63,607 nucleotides of DNA, filler included, from Choristocarpus tenellus KU-1152 (GCA_964200185.2; 12 parts of 12 records of this genome joined end to end with filler, not necessarily neighbours in it), one strand, 5' to 3'; positions 40,301 to 53,352 are shown, numbered from the whole stretch's first letter. Numbers and translations: made by a program. The notes: generated by a model from the letters alone, not told the origin.

Positions 40301-41936
40301 GATTTCCCCACCAAAAAATTGAATGATAAGAGCAGCTGCCAAAACTGTTTCGTAAACTACTGTACAAACAAAACAATAATAAAATGAGCGCATCACCCCT
40401 TCTTATATTTATACTTCCATATACATGCATCAGAGCATGTGCCTGCATATATATCTTGCTTCTCCATTTCGTTTCTTTCACCCCCGCCTCAAACCTAACT
40501 TGCTTGCATTTCACCTTCAGGTTCTCACGTGGTATCAAAGGCAAGAACATCTTCACAAGAACACAGCTGGGTGAAGAGCTGCAGGCCTCCTACACGGAGG
40601 TTCCTATCTACTGCAAGACCCTACGGAACGAGGGCAACTTTAAGGGACTCCTTCGCGGTCGCGTCAACTGTGTCCCGAACATCACGAGCTACAGGGCTCT
40701 TCGCGTTGAAAAAGGCGGTGATGGGCGGGTTAAGGTTAGCGGAAAGAAATACATGCACAGCACTGAATGGAGTGGGATAGGCGGAGACCTTGCTATCGAC
40801 CCCAACGCCCCTCCGCACGACCTCTTCATCGACCACCCGCCTCGTCTCCAAGATGCACCACCCTATCAGCTCAAGAGCGTTCCTGATCACGTCATCCTGA
40901 AGGTGGAGCAGCGGTACCAGGCGTCGCACGAGCGTCTCCCTGCTGCGTATCTACTGGGTAAGTCAATTTTTTCGTGAGGGAGTTGATGGCTAATTTTTGT
41001 ATTTGGTGGCAGCCAAAAAAAAATCAGTGCAACTTCTGTAAGAGGCAGCCTTTATCCCCTTTACAAAAACAATATCGAAAAATATTCCATTCTCCTGCGT
41101 AGTGATCGTTGCATGTTACAATAAAAAGTACAATAGATTACCCCCGATATTGAGGGTACTGGTCTTGTACTCAACATAAACGAATCCGACGAAATATACA
41201 CCCTCCCTCACACTGAATACTCCCCGAGCGCATTCGTGAAACCTCACGCCTGCTTACAAAGTAACATTCATGCTTCCATACCGTTGATGTTCTCATGCTC
41301 ATGGATTCCACCTTCGCAGACGATGAAGCCGTTCGGAGAGCGAAACATGAGCAAAGCGAGTCTGTGCGGCTTCTCAAAAAGACAGGGGAACGAGAGTTCG
41401 ACCTCCCAGTCCATTGGCTTCCCACCGATGACAATGGCGCTGGAACTGGTACCAGCGATGATGAAGACACCGACCAGGGCGAACGCTCGGGTGGAGGAGA
41501 TAATCTTGTCAGCGGTTACAATGATCTCGGCAGGCTCGACGAAACAGACTCTTCCTCATCGGACAGCAACAAGGAAGAAGCTGACTCCCGTCGACGGGGT
41601 TGGCCTCGTGCTACGTTGAAATCGGCGAACCATGGAAACCTAGTCTCCGTGCAGAAAGGCAGATTTGCCTTTTTTGTGGCAACGGAGGCGCCACTCTTGG
41701 TCGGCAAGATCCTAGCGGAGTGCATTGGCGAGGACGGGGAGCGTGGGGTGGATCTTCACTGGCTTCGGCCGACCAGCGACCACACGCTTGACAACGCCGC
41801 GTTTATGACCCTTGAGAACTACGGGAGAAGTAGTTTTGTAGAAGGCTACATACACGCTGGCGATAGATCCGAGCAAAGTGGGAAACAGAAGCGGGTTAAA
41901 TACGTAAGCTGGGAACCCGTGGCGGGTATTGTTTTG
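37349..41936 (+). pseudogene. Intron-rich DDD (RNase H-like) transposase-like gene with DUF7869/Sola-like motifs, pseudogenised
   Basis: Exons 37349-37483, 38048-38304, 38763-38926, 39146-39234, 39651-39763, 40016-40161, 40521-40957, ~41137-41936 with GT-AG introns. Motifs: FMKCDIC, FMSVDAANQ, Q|VDNCVSENKN, FMMVGHTHIKIDE. Lesions: 1-bp frameshifts near 37433 and 38143, in-frame TGA at 39758. Confidence 0.8.
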
Positions 41937-42036
41937 NNNNNNNNNNNNNNNNNNNNNNNNNNNNNNNNNNNNNNNNNNNNTTAATTAATTAANNNNNNNN
42001 NNNNNNNNNNNNNNNNNNNNNNNNNNNNNNNNNNNN

Positions 42037-45000
42037 CCAGGAGTTGCTGTGCAGCAGAGCACCGGTGTCAGCAGCTGCCTCCCAAGCCCCGTTCAATGGT
42101 AATGTGCCAAGTATGGCCTCACCATCACCAGATGCATCCATGATGGCAAGCTTGGCCCCCTGTGCAACACCCCCGTGATTGGTTAGTGAATCGCTGGTAT
42201 CATCAACCAAGCAATTATTTGAGGTAGCACCGAGGCCATCACAGTTATAGCTGGGGCAATAGGTGTCCAGGTCAAAAAAGAAGTTGGTCATCATGTCTTC
42301 CACATCTGCCACTGATAGACACTTCCCGCTACAAACAAGCAGGGAGGCTGGGTTGATGCAGGGTTCAAGGGTTGCTGGGGAAGTCAGGGTTGATCCTGCC
42401 GCTGACCCAGCCACATGTGTTCCATGCCCATCAAGATCATCCCGCTCGAAGCCATCAGCGGACACCAGCACCCCCCCACTGAATGATGTACTGGGCAGAT
42501 CATCTATTGGCCTGAGAAGGTCAATGTATTGCACGATCTGAAGGGTGGGAAGGAGGTGTCCAGGAGGATGTTGTTGCAAGGGAGGCAAGGGTGTGAGGAG
42601 TGCTCCGCCACAAAAGAGTAATCAAGATATATAGGAAGGGAGAGGTGATCAAACCCTCTTCAGCTGTGAATAAAGCTGAGAGAGTCAGATTGGTGGTCAA
42701 ATGGATTAATCTCTTTTGAAATTTCCTGGAATAGGGTAACACCGATCAAAACTTGAACAACTGAACAAAGAAAATCCAACATACGATTTTCCGGTCCTGT
42801 GACAATAATCTTCCCCACCTTGCGTCTAGTCATGTCAACAGGGAATGACCCTCCATTATCAATGACTACAATTTCTCCAGTATCGAACAGCACCAGAGCA
42901 TCAAAGAAATACCCATGCTCTATCTCTGCCCCATTCCCATCCTGGAAGAAGCATGATGTCTCGTCCAGACCAGTATCGATGATCTGATGGAAATTCAAGA
43001 GGGCGGGTGGGGCACAGATTGGACTGGATGACCCCCTGCTGGCACTCAAATTGGTGAAACAAGGAATGCTAACTCAAGAGGGATCATGACTCGGAACTTA
43101 TGTTAGATTTAGGTTAGCCAAAAAGCATGGCTGATATACAAGAGAAGACTATGGTGTTTGGATTAAAATATAAGGTGAATGATTTTGAAATGTGCTGTAT
43201 CTCAGTTAGTAACCTCAATGCACACTTTTGGTGTCTCCAGGGTCGACCTACAAAGATTATACCATGGAAGATCGTCCAGTTCGTTGAAGGCATGAAGTCA
43301 TTAGTGCATATGTCCACATCACTTGGAGATATTAATAGTACGAAATGTAGTTCTTGTCTGCACAGAGCTGTGGAGCCGCAGGTTCCTCGCTCTGGGACCC
43401 TTACCCTCTATTGATTGCGTGCAATACACGTGTTTGTAAGTTTTCCGTCGGTTACTGCATCTGCGATCTATGCCTCGTAGATTCATAGGCAAGATATATA
43501 ATTGTGCATACCTACAGACCCGAATATGAAGGAGGGTTCACACGCTCTCATCACCACTACAATTTACTCCAGAGCTCATTTCAAACTGTAGATGGTGATA
43601 ATTGCTACACCCACTACAAAGACGATGTGGGGGACGTTGCCGAACTACGATTATGAACATGGTGAAAAAAATTGCATTTCTTCTCAATCAACAAGTACCC
43701 CAATGGATGTTCCACATCGTTTCCTTGAGCAAATTGCGGATTCCTTCTGTAGTGTACACGTGTAGATTGATACGTATACACTTACAGACATATATGGGCG
43801 TCTTCACTCCCAACCTTACCACCACCGTAGCATTGTGTGGGGGGTAACATTGTGTGGAGTTTCATGACCGTGAAGCTATAAATGCAGTAACGTACGCAAC
43901 GCCAACATTGAGGTACGATACGATTTATGTGTATAGACCTCAAACGTGTTTGTCAATTACAACACCACCCGTCGTACTTTTGTCATACAAATTTCACAGC
44001 AGTTGGGTCCGGTGCTTAGGTTGCTACTAGCACACTCGTACGAGTTTGGCAACACATAAGAAGACCCCGTACATTGTGACAACACCTCTCCATCTTCCAC
44101 TCATCACACAGCCTACCTGAATGACCTCACCAGTGCCGTCAAGGCCCACTTCAGTCATTGGCTGCTCCGTGATTGTAGCACTCTGGGCGATCGAGCTCGC
44201 AACTGCATTCAATGTCTTAACCTGACCCTGGCTAGACACCCTTACCACCTCTGCCCTAGATACCAGGAACGATATGAGGGTCATGAAGCAGGCTATCTGG
44301 GTATCGGATTCTCCTACTCCTTCCTCTCCTGTCATGACTTCCGATGGACGGTCGATAGGCAGAAGGTGGTCCAGTCCTGCGCATGAACATGTGGGAATAG
44401 TGATACTTCATGTTGTTGGTAGATGCAATTGCTGTGGAAAATTGGCGTTAACTGGTGGTGGTTACATTGTGGGGGGGTGTTTGGTATATAGGTCAAAATA
44501 CGTTTCTAAAACTTGAAAATCGACCCTAGAGAAAACAAGTTGAACAAATAATGTTTTCCGTCAAAAGTTGCAGGTATGTCTAAGAGTGGTTTACAGGCAC
44601 ATCACAAGTCGTTTCCCACATAGTTAACCCACCTGTTAGCAGCACGAGGTCGTCTCCCACAGGGAGAATCTTAATCATATCCCACCCACACAATTTATCC
44701 ACATCTAGACCTTGCACAGAGCTAAGATCGTGCACAATGGTAGCGGCTTGTGTCCACTCTTGGACACGATGTCTTTCTTCTTGGTGGACAAGATGTCTGC
44801 CTTCGTCGTCAAGCATGGCAGGGTCCGACCAGAAGTTTAGAGTGTGGAGGTTCAGACTGGCGGATGACCAATCTTTGTCCCACTCCTCAGCTACCATAGT
44901 GGAAAACCCTGGCGAAACCTGCACACTCAGACCGATGGTATCCTTCAATCTAGTGCCCTCTCCATGAGACGTGGACAGCAGAGTGGATTGATCACGATCA

Positions 45001-45473
45001 TTGGCATCTCGTACACCGTCCCCATAACTGAGCAGACCAGGAGCAATTTTCAGCGTTGGAGGGAACACGGCTGCGCTTGTAAGACCGAACGTAGAGGGAT
45101 CCTCCAACATCTCTTTTGCCTTATCCGTACTACCCATGATGATGAAGCAAGTTCCATGCTCCTTACTATGAGCAGCTGTGCGCACTTTTCGGTAGGAGAA
45201 GATCTGCTTGAGTAGTGACAGTGATCGGCGGCCCTCCCCGTACTCTGCACATGCCAATAATGGCACGGTATGGTGGTCGTGTTTTACTCGATTCCACTGC
45301 CAGTCTGATGCAGCAACGAAGGCATCGTGATTTCCTCCGAAATTCTCTTTAGCGGTTGTCCTCAACACCTGCTCAACGAGAGAGATATGAGGCTGGTACC
45401 CAGCTCTCACATGTTGTACCACCAACAACAACCATGTTGTCGTCGCTGTAGCGACAACCTGCATGGAATACAT
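42037..45473 (-). CDS. Secreted subtilisin-like serine protease (peptidase S8, KP-43/TagC-like), 5' part
   Basis: Exons ~45473-44633, 44376-44117, 42983-42819 and 42537-42037. Hydrophobic N-terminus, catalytic Asp GLDGTGEVIQ|IIDTGLD, catalytic His DGHGTHVAGSAAG, GVAQGAKLAIMD, LHSNSW. Confidence 0.92.
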
Positions 45474-46768
45474 GAGCACTTTGTCACCTGTGCAGCAGAA
45501 TGTCTTGAAATGCCGAGTTCCAAGCAATCGTAGGGTGCGGTGTGTGTACCAAACACAACAGAGAGTGGATAAGTATTACTATGGTGGATAAATATTGTCA
45601 TCCCCACATACCGATAGGAACCTGTCAGAGACCATAAACAACTTTGAAAAAGTTGTGGTAGTTCATCTCGCTTGAACCTCACCTGGCAGCTTACAAATGG
45701 AGGTGTGGAAGGTTATGTCAGTAGAAGAAAATAGTATGAGGTGTAGTTCCACACCAACACAACAACAGTAGTAGTTGTTGTTTCATTAGTGGTATACATA
45801 ATAAATAGTACTTTGTTGAGAGGACTGGAGTGGGCAAGTTATATTGAATGAAGAGAGAGAAACAGACTGAACGGATCATTTAGTATTATAGGAAGTGACA
45901 TATATTGAACAGATGCTTGAGAGAAGGGATGTAGTGTGGAGAGAGGCAGGAGTTCATAAATCATTCTGTTCCAGAGCCAGGAACGAAGAAAATTCCCAAC
46001 AAAGTTTGCAGGTTGAACGAGACATGATGACTCCGTCTGTGAAATTTATTAGGGCTTCTGATCAGTCCGCACAGACAGGGTGACTTGCCCCCCCCAAAGA
46101 TCCAATAAAGATATGGTTGATGGGTTTCTTTATGTACCATGTGGTAGGATTGTCCACATAGAGCGATAAGACAGACGTTGATATCGTGTGAGATCTAACC
46201 CACCAAATTGATGGATGAAGAGGTGTATATTTTTTATTATTGCTTCCTTCTACTCTCAGCATTCCCAACCCAAATTTTTTTGTTGGATGAAAAAATTATT
46301 TACATATTTTTTCGTTGAGATTACCTTCTTTGTTGTGGCATATATTTCTCTGAGACGTTCAAACAACGATGCATAACCCCCCCCCCTGTTCGATTAGACT
46401 CNNNNNNNNNNNNNNNNNNNNNNNNNNNNNNNNNNNNNNNNNNNNTTAATTAATTAANNNNNNNNNNNNNNNNNNNNNNNNNNNNNNNNNNNNNNNNNNN
46501 NGTGAAATCATGGAGTCTTGACTGGGAACCTCACTCGGTACCACGGTATAACGGCATATGGCATACGGCAATAACGGTATAACAACAGACAAACATGCTT
46601 TCCACAGTTATGTCTATATATATATATATACTCATGTAGTTCCTTCCCTATCACAGATAGCAGTTCGTGAGAAGAACTTTGGACGCTTTGGTACTTTCTG
46701 TTATGACAACCCAATAATAATATATTTTTGAAGTTTTCATCAACCACCACCCACTCTGGAAGTCAGAA

Positions 46769-49700
46769 ATGGCTAAGATGGGCAAAGGGGTTCCAATAAT
46801 GGGTGGTAAGGCTGCCAGCACAAAAGTGCCTGTCAAGGAGCGAAAAGGAAAGATAACTGCGTCTGGAGAATCTACTTCATCAGTTTTACGCTTCAAGGGA
46901 AATGCACACTTCAGGCAGAGGTGACGAATCAATTATGGAGGACAAAACCCTCAGGTAAACCGTGGAATATATCTCCCTCACTTAACTTGAACCACTGCTA
47001 TTTGTGACCGCTTCCTGCTCAGGATCCTGTGCTCCCTACTCAGCGGGCGGTCTATACGCATAGATGATATCCGTCCGTTTCCGATAAGCACGGATGTGGA
47101 TGAGGTCCAGGTACGAGAATCGAGAATCCGATGACTCCAGTGTAATTTACAACCAGAAATCTCGCCGATGGAGATCTTCAAGTGAGATTTTGCAACTTAA
47201 GATGCACACGAATGGAAGGGGAATACTTCAGATGAATTGTGACGTCGAGTGACCGCCCTGAAAAGCTAGCAGACCACACTTTTTTTGGTTAGACCAACGA
47301 GTTAGCACCTTGCCGTGAGCCGCAAGGTTTCACACACAGATGTAATTACGTGTGTGGTGATTGAAAAATGGTTGGCTATTCAAGATGTCATTATGCTGCC
47401 TTTATCGCTGGTGGTGGTAAGCCTCTGTGTTGCATCTTCCTCGGATTGACCACATTGGTACGTTTTATGTGTTCATTTCGTACACTGGACTGGCAGATGG
47501 GGATCTTGGGACATGAAGCGGCCTTCCTGCGGCTAGTTGACAAACTCACCAATGGAACCAAGGTGAGAAAATAGTTCAACCTCGCTGTGGATATGTACGG
47601 TTCGGACAACTTCAATTGGTTGGTGAATACCTCTCACCTGTTCGTGGTTGGGATGCTGACATTCCTTGGTCGATTTCTATTACTCGGCAGGTTGAGATCA
47701 ATGAGACAGGAACGACTCTCAAGTTCAAACCAGGTTACATGGTGGGGGGACAAGCGACACACGAATGTGGGACAGGTCGTTCGATTGGATGGTTTATTGA
47801 AGGGATTATTCCTCTTGCCCTATTCAGGTGAGGGGTAGATCTTTGTGGCTTTGGTTCTTGCCTGCTACAGTTGTACATCTTTGAGGAGCACAAAATCATT
47901 GCTTGGGGCTGTGGTTGGTATCATTCCTTGTGAGGAAACTATGTGGCTATTGCATGATTACCCTTTTTCTAGGGTTTTGGTGTTGGTACCCTCATTGGCT
48001 TGGGTATCAATTTTGGTGTATTTAAGAACAAATCTGTCTAAAATATCGATCTACTTTTTTTCTGTGGCAGCTTGAAATATCCCACAATCTTTGTCCTATA
48101 ATGGCTTTCCATGGCACTGCACACAGCAATCAGTAAATGCTGGCCGGATGTTGTGGGCCTGATTGCACCCACTGCCCTTTCATACTTACTTGGCACCCTT
48201 ATCCAAGGAGCAAGTGCGATCTGTTAGAATTTCAGTCATGTCACATTCCCTTGATAGGGCTTTGATACCTCTATGTGGGACATAACTGTACGAGGATAGC
48301 CCCCAATTGGATACCAATAGAGAAACCCCCTGCATTATGCACCATTGTTTAACTAACTGTTTGGATGTTTCCTGCCTGTTGACTATTGTCTCTCCACTCA
48401 CCTTGCTTACCTCGCATTGCCAGTACCTTTTCTTGTCTTCCTTCAATACTTCATATTCAAATACTACATATTCAATACTGCATATTCAAATGATCATGTT
48501 GTTCATGTTCCTACCTTTGTGCTTCAGCAAAACACCGGTGTGCTTGACGGTTTCAGGCATCACAAATGACGACCTTGATCTGTCAGTGGATGCCTTGAAA
48601 GCTGTGACATTGCCACTCCTGAAACGCTTCGGGATTGCTGAGGATGGGGGACTGGAGCTCAAGGTTTGAAACGAGCAGGGACCTGCCCACGATTCTTTTT
48701 GACAATTCAGGATTGATTTTGGATTCTTTTTGACCATTAAAGTCTGAACCAAAACCGTCCTACCTGTGTTGTTGCAATTTTTTGTACAGCTTGTGTCTAC
48801 CCTGCCCCAGGTATTGAGTGTTCATGTAGATAGTAAGAATAGTGCCACATAAGACCAGACAGAGATCGAGGACAGGTGCCTTGCTTCTGATATCCTGTTT
48901 CTCCTGTGGTCCATAAGCAAAGCGCAGGGTGCTATGTTTCTCCTGTTTGGGAAGTTCTGCTATTGGAGCTGTGCAAATGCAATGGTTCTGGATTATTGCA
49001 TAGTTCCTTACTAGGTTTGTCCTATTCCCTGTGATGTTGGCAATTCAACAATTCAGGTGAAACGGCGAGGATCTCCACCTGGTGGAGGAGGCTTGGTGGA
49101 ATTTCGGTGTCCCATTGTGCGGGAGCTGAAACCGATTGATTTTATCGATGGAGGACTAATCAAGCGGGTACGTGGCAATGCATACTGTGCAAAGGTGTCC
49201 CCACAAATAGCCAACCGTGTGGCAGAGTCTTCTCGAGGTACGCCTACTTGATGTGATCAATCATGGTGATGTGATCAATCATGGTGATGTGATCAATCAT
49301 GGTGATGTGGGAAAGTTGTGGTGTAAAAGCACATGGTAGAGCCTCGTGCGTTTCAATTTTCCCCAAAGTATAGAAAAAGTCATACAGTGTAATCTGAAGT
49401 ATTTATTGCATCAGTTCACTTTCTTTGTGTTGGAGGCAAAAATTCTTTAAATTCCATGTAAGAAATGGGTACACCTTTTGTTTGACTGTCACTTGTTTTG
49501 TACCACGTAGTTGGAAGTAAAGTAAAGTAAAGTAAAGTAAAGTAAAGTACCTAACTCCCGTGGTTGTCTTTGGAATGAAGACAAGTTTAGATTGGAATCA
49601 ATAGGTGGGATATATGTGTGTGTATGAATACTACCAAGACAATCTATTAATAATGTTGATACGCTATTAATCTGCTGACCAACAAATAAGTTCGTTTTTA

Positions 49701-52700
49701 TGTGCTAACATACTCTGCAGAACAATAGTCACTTTGTACACTATGATTTTGTATACTATGGAACTGTACATCTACTGTTGTATAAATGTGAAGGTGTTTG
49801 TTTATGCTTATCCATTTGTGAGAATAACATAAGTTTCGAATTCACATATTGGGTGTACGTGCAAACGATGATGCGGGACATTTGGGATATTTAAGGTTAG
49901 GGTATTTGATCAGACAAAAAGTTAGAGTAGAAGTGAGTTATTTGATCTGAAGTGTGGTAGAGAACTGTCAGGTCAATTGGTATTGTAAGTTATTTTCTGT
50001 AAGGTTTGGTGAACCCCATCTGGTGATGGTGTCTCACTCTCTTCTCAACAGATTGTCAAGGACAGCTTAATATGCTATAGCACTTATAAGGCGTGCTTCC
50101 GTAGAACCTCTCAGGCTCTTCAGCTCAATCTCCATTATGGCCATTATAAGAGCCTCCTGGCAATTTATGATGTCAGCAGGATCTCCCCCAGATTCCAGCA
50201 CCATCTCCACCAATTGCCGTTTCACAAGATTTCTCTCAGTTTGCCCAGAATGAGTGAAATTCTTGACAAGTATAATGACAAGTATAATGACAAGTATAAT
50301 GACAAGGCGAGTACTTCACTCAGAGGTTCATACATCAAAACAATATCCAAGGCAGGTCCAGGTGTAGCCTCTTGATGAACTTGAAGAGGATGGAGCTGTA
50401 CCTGCCTTGGATATTGTTTTGACGTCTGAAGCTCTGAGTGAAGTATTCGCTGTGCTTGTCAAGAATTACGCTCATTCTGGGCAAACTGAGAGAAATCTTG
50501 TGAAATGATCCAAGGCAGCATTTGTTGAATTTGTTGAAAATGATTTATTTTTTGTGTAAATTGAACATTTCATTAACAAGTCTCGTTCACAATGTAACTA
50601 CAGTGTACAGTGTGGCACATGGTATAAAAAGAAAATGATTAAAGAATCAGAACTGTAGAGACTTCTAGGCCACTCTTGATCATTGTTTAAAAGTGATTTA
50701 TCTCCAGATAGGCGCTGCAGAGTGAAACCTGATGTGCAGCCAACAAATCCATGTAACCCTATTTGCTCAGCTCCACGCAAGTCTAGGAAGGCATTCAGGA
50801 GTGCACTCTGTATATATAGTATAGTCTGTATATATAGTGTAGTCTGTATTTATAGTATAGTCTGGGTTGTGCCTACTATGGTGTACTCGAGGGATGGTGC
50901 AGGAGGGGACTTTGAGTTTCTTTCCCTGTTTCACGATATGTGGTTTTGCACTTTACATTAGACCCATGGCGGACACAATAATATCATGGACATTGCTCAT
51001 CAACCTGCTGGTCATGGCTGTATCTAACTATGAAAACATGATTCTAATGTACACAGGCCTACTCAATCGATTGCTACCGGATGTGTGGGTTCATACTGAC
51101 CATCATGCTGCACGCACAGGAGGGGAATCCCCAGGCTTTGCGCTAAGTCTTGTGGCAGAGTCCACTACAGGAGCTCTGTTGATTGCAGAGACGGCGGCAC
51201 AAAAGGTATGTTATTTTTTTCCCACATCATGATTGAACATAGCACTATAAGCATGATGCAAGTGTAAATAATGTGGAGTAGTTAATTGAGTTGGTGTATC
51301 CTTTTTTGATAATGAGTGATAATGAGTGACAGTGAGTGACAGTGAGTGACAATGAGTGACAATGAGTGACAGTGAGTGACAATGAGTGACAGTGAGTGAC
51401 AGTGAGTGACAATGAGTGGGTATCTATTATGCGTATGAATCAAAACTCCATGAAGCTGCACTTGGTGGTTCTTGCAACATGTTAGGCTGTGTATGTTGTG
51501 ATGTAAAGTTTGTTTATTGTTCTTTGTTTTGTCCTTCCCATTGGATGCCAAAAATAACCACAACTTAGGGGACTTTGCCAGAAGATTTGGGTGTGCTGGG
51601 CAGCAAGCTATTGCTAGAGGAAATACGGTGAGGGCAATGTGTAACTTAGGGTTAGGGTTAGGGTTTCATTGAAAGTTTTTGTGTGAGTTATTGACAGCGA
51701 CTATCGTAGGGTACTACAATGCCATGCTGTTTTTGTGAGAGACCTGGAGTTGCTGGACAACCACTATCATTGGAAGGTCACAATCAAGAGGCTCTCATCC
51801 ACAGTTGGGACTCATGGTAGGGAGTTTGAAGGTGTTGAGTATCACTTGTGTCGATCGACCTTTGAGTGCGTCTGGTCATGATGTGAGGTTCAAACTTTTG
51901 AATGTAGAAAATAATTGTGTCTAGGTAGGGAGACCTGCCTACGCACTGTTAGTGCTAGCAGAAAAATAGGAGTGGGTCTCATTGAAGAGTTGAAGATCTT
52001 TACATTGGTTGTGGATTCCTTGTAGTTTGCAGATTGAGGTGCTTGTTTTCAAGTCAGATCAACCTGTTTCATGTTTGTGTGTGATATTTTCCCAGGGATG
52101 GCGGGTGTGTGGACTCAGCACACCAGAGCCTAGCAATGCTGCTGATGGTGCTCTGCCCTGAGGATGTAAGGTGAGAAGGTAAATCAACTGTTCACTGTGC
52201 CAGCCTCTCAATAAGTCCAACATCATGCATGTCTGGTGTACACAGGAGGTACTTTCCTGATGAGTTGACATTTAATATCAAGACCTCCTATGTACTCTAT
52301 ATGACGTAAGGTGTGATGTAACTTGTCATATTCTATTTGCCTCTTGTCAATTCACTGTGTGGTACAATCCCCCATACAGTATATGTTTTGTATGCTCCTG
52401 ATGGATGTTTGGGGCAATATATCCATGACAAGGAAAATCTACTGACCAATGCAATGTGCATCAACCCTTTGGATCTCTTGTGTTGTAGTTGAAGTATGCA
52501 GAGTAATTTCTTGGCACCGTAATGCACTTTTTGCACTTCAAGAAAGAGTCAGTTCTCAGTAGGAAAGATTTAATTGTAGAGACCAACCAGTACATTGTAA
52601 GCACAAGTGAATGAAAAATCTTTTCTCAATTCATAGTGTGTCCTGAACTTGTGTATACCTTTGCCAGTCGTCTTCGCATTGGCAAACTGACTCGCTACAG

Positions 52701-52803
52701 TATCAAGTACCTGCAGCACCTAAGGGACTTCTTTGGGGTGTATTTCCGGCTTAAACCTGATGCTGAAACATCTACGGTAAGTTTTCCCAATCTGCGTGTA
52801 ATT

Positions 52804-52845
<42 letters not shown>

Positions 52846-53352
52846 ACAAACACTTGCCACTTCAAATTTGTGGGTTTTAATGCCACCATCCACAATGTTG
52901 TCATTTGATTGCAAAGGATTATTTTGTGATTTTGTTTGTTTTGTTGTCCTGTTGACATACATGTGAAGGAAATCGCACAAAGGTTTTGTTTATGGATTGC
53001 ACTGTTTTGGAAGGTGGAGTTATGAATGAAATGGATGACTCACCTAATCTGTTGAATTGTGTGGGATGGTCTCTGGGAGTGTACAGATACCTCTCCTCCC
53101 ATTGTGTTTTTTAATTTCTTGTGTACTTTGATGCCGTTTCTTTACCGAATGGACTTACTCATTCTTGCATCCCCCAATGGAAGATGGGGATGGGTTGACG
53201 AGGGTCTGTGTTTCTTGGCATGAAAATGAGCATTTTGCTTGTAACCCTCATTCCAGCAATGCTTTTTGTTTGTTGGTCTGTGTTGACCCGTGCAGATCCT
53301 GGTGTCATGTCGGGGTATTGGATTCAAGAACATGTCCAGAGGAGCAACTTGA
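46769..53352 (+). CDS. RCL1: RNA 3'-terminal phosphate cyclase-like protein Rcl1 (18S rRNA biogenesis), complete 11-exon gene
   Basis: Exons 46769-46920, 47023-47110, 47497-47562, 47691-47827, 48528-48663, 49057-49237, 51057-51205, 51569-51627, 52096-52170, 52668-52776, 53296-53352, all GT-AG and in frame. Motifs FRQRILCSLLSGRSIRIDDIR, EAAFLRLVDKLTNGT, KRRGSPPGGGGLVEF, SPGFALSLVAESTTG, LPEDLG, GGCVDSAHQ, CRGIGFKN. Confidence 0.96.
49250..49308. repeat. 18-bp tandem repeat x3 (TGATGTGATCAATCATGG) just after RCL1 exon 6
   Basis: Direct reading. Confidence 0.9.
50218..50507 (+). ncRNA. Long intronic foldback, candidate miRNA precursor (or foldback TE)
   Basis: 50218-50373 pairs with 50384-50507 around a ~10-nt loop. 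Several arm differences are G:U pairs on the RCL1 sense strand. Confidence 0.45.
51309..51418. repeat. 10-bp tandem repeat (GACARTGAGT)n
   Basis: About 11 copies in RCL1 intron 7. Confidence 0.9.

Noticed and set aside
46978-47181. Separate minus-strand gene upstream of RCL1
   Set aside because: It overlaps RCL1 exon 2 antisense, and the plus-strand model explains the region.
49864-49950. Box C/D snoRNA in RCL1 intron 6 (ATGATGC...CTGA)
   Set aside because: Imperfect C box, no terminal stem, and no rRNA-complementary guide that I could recognise.
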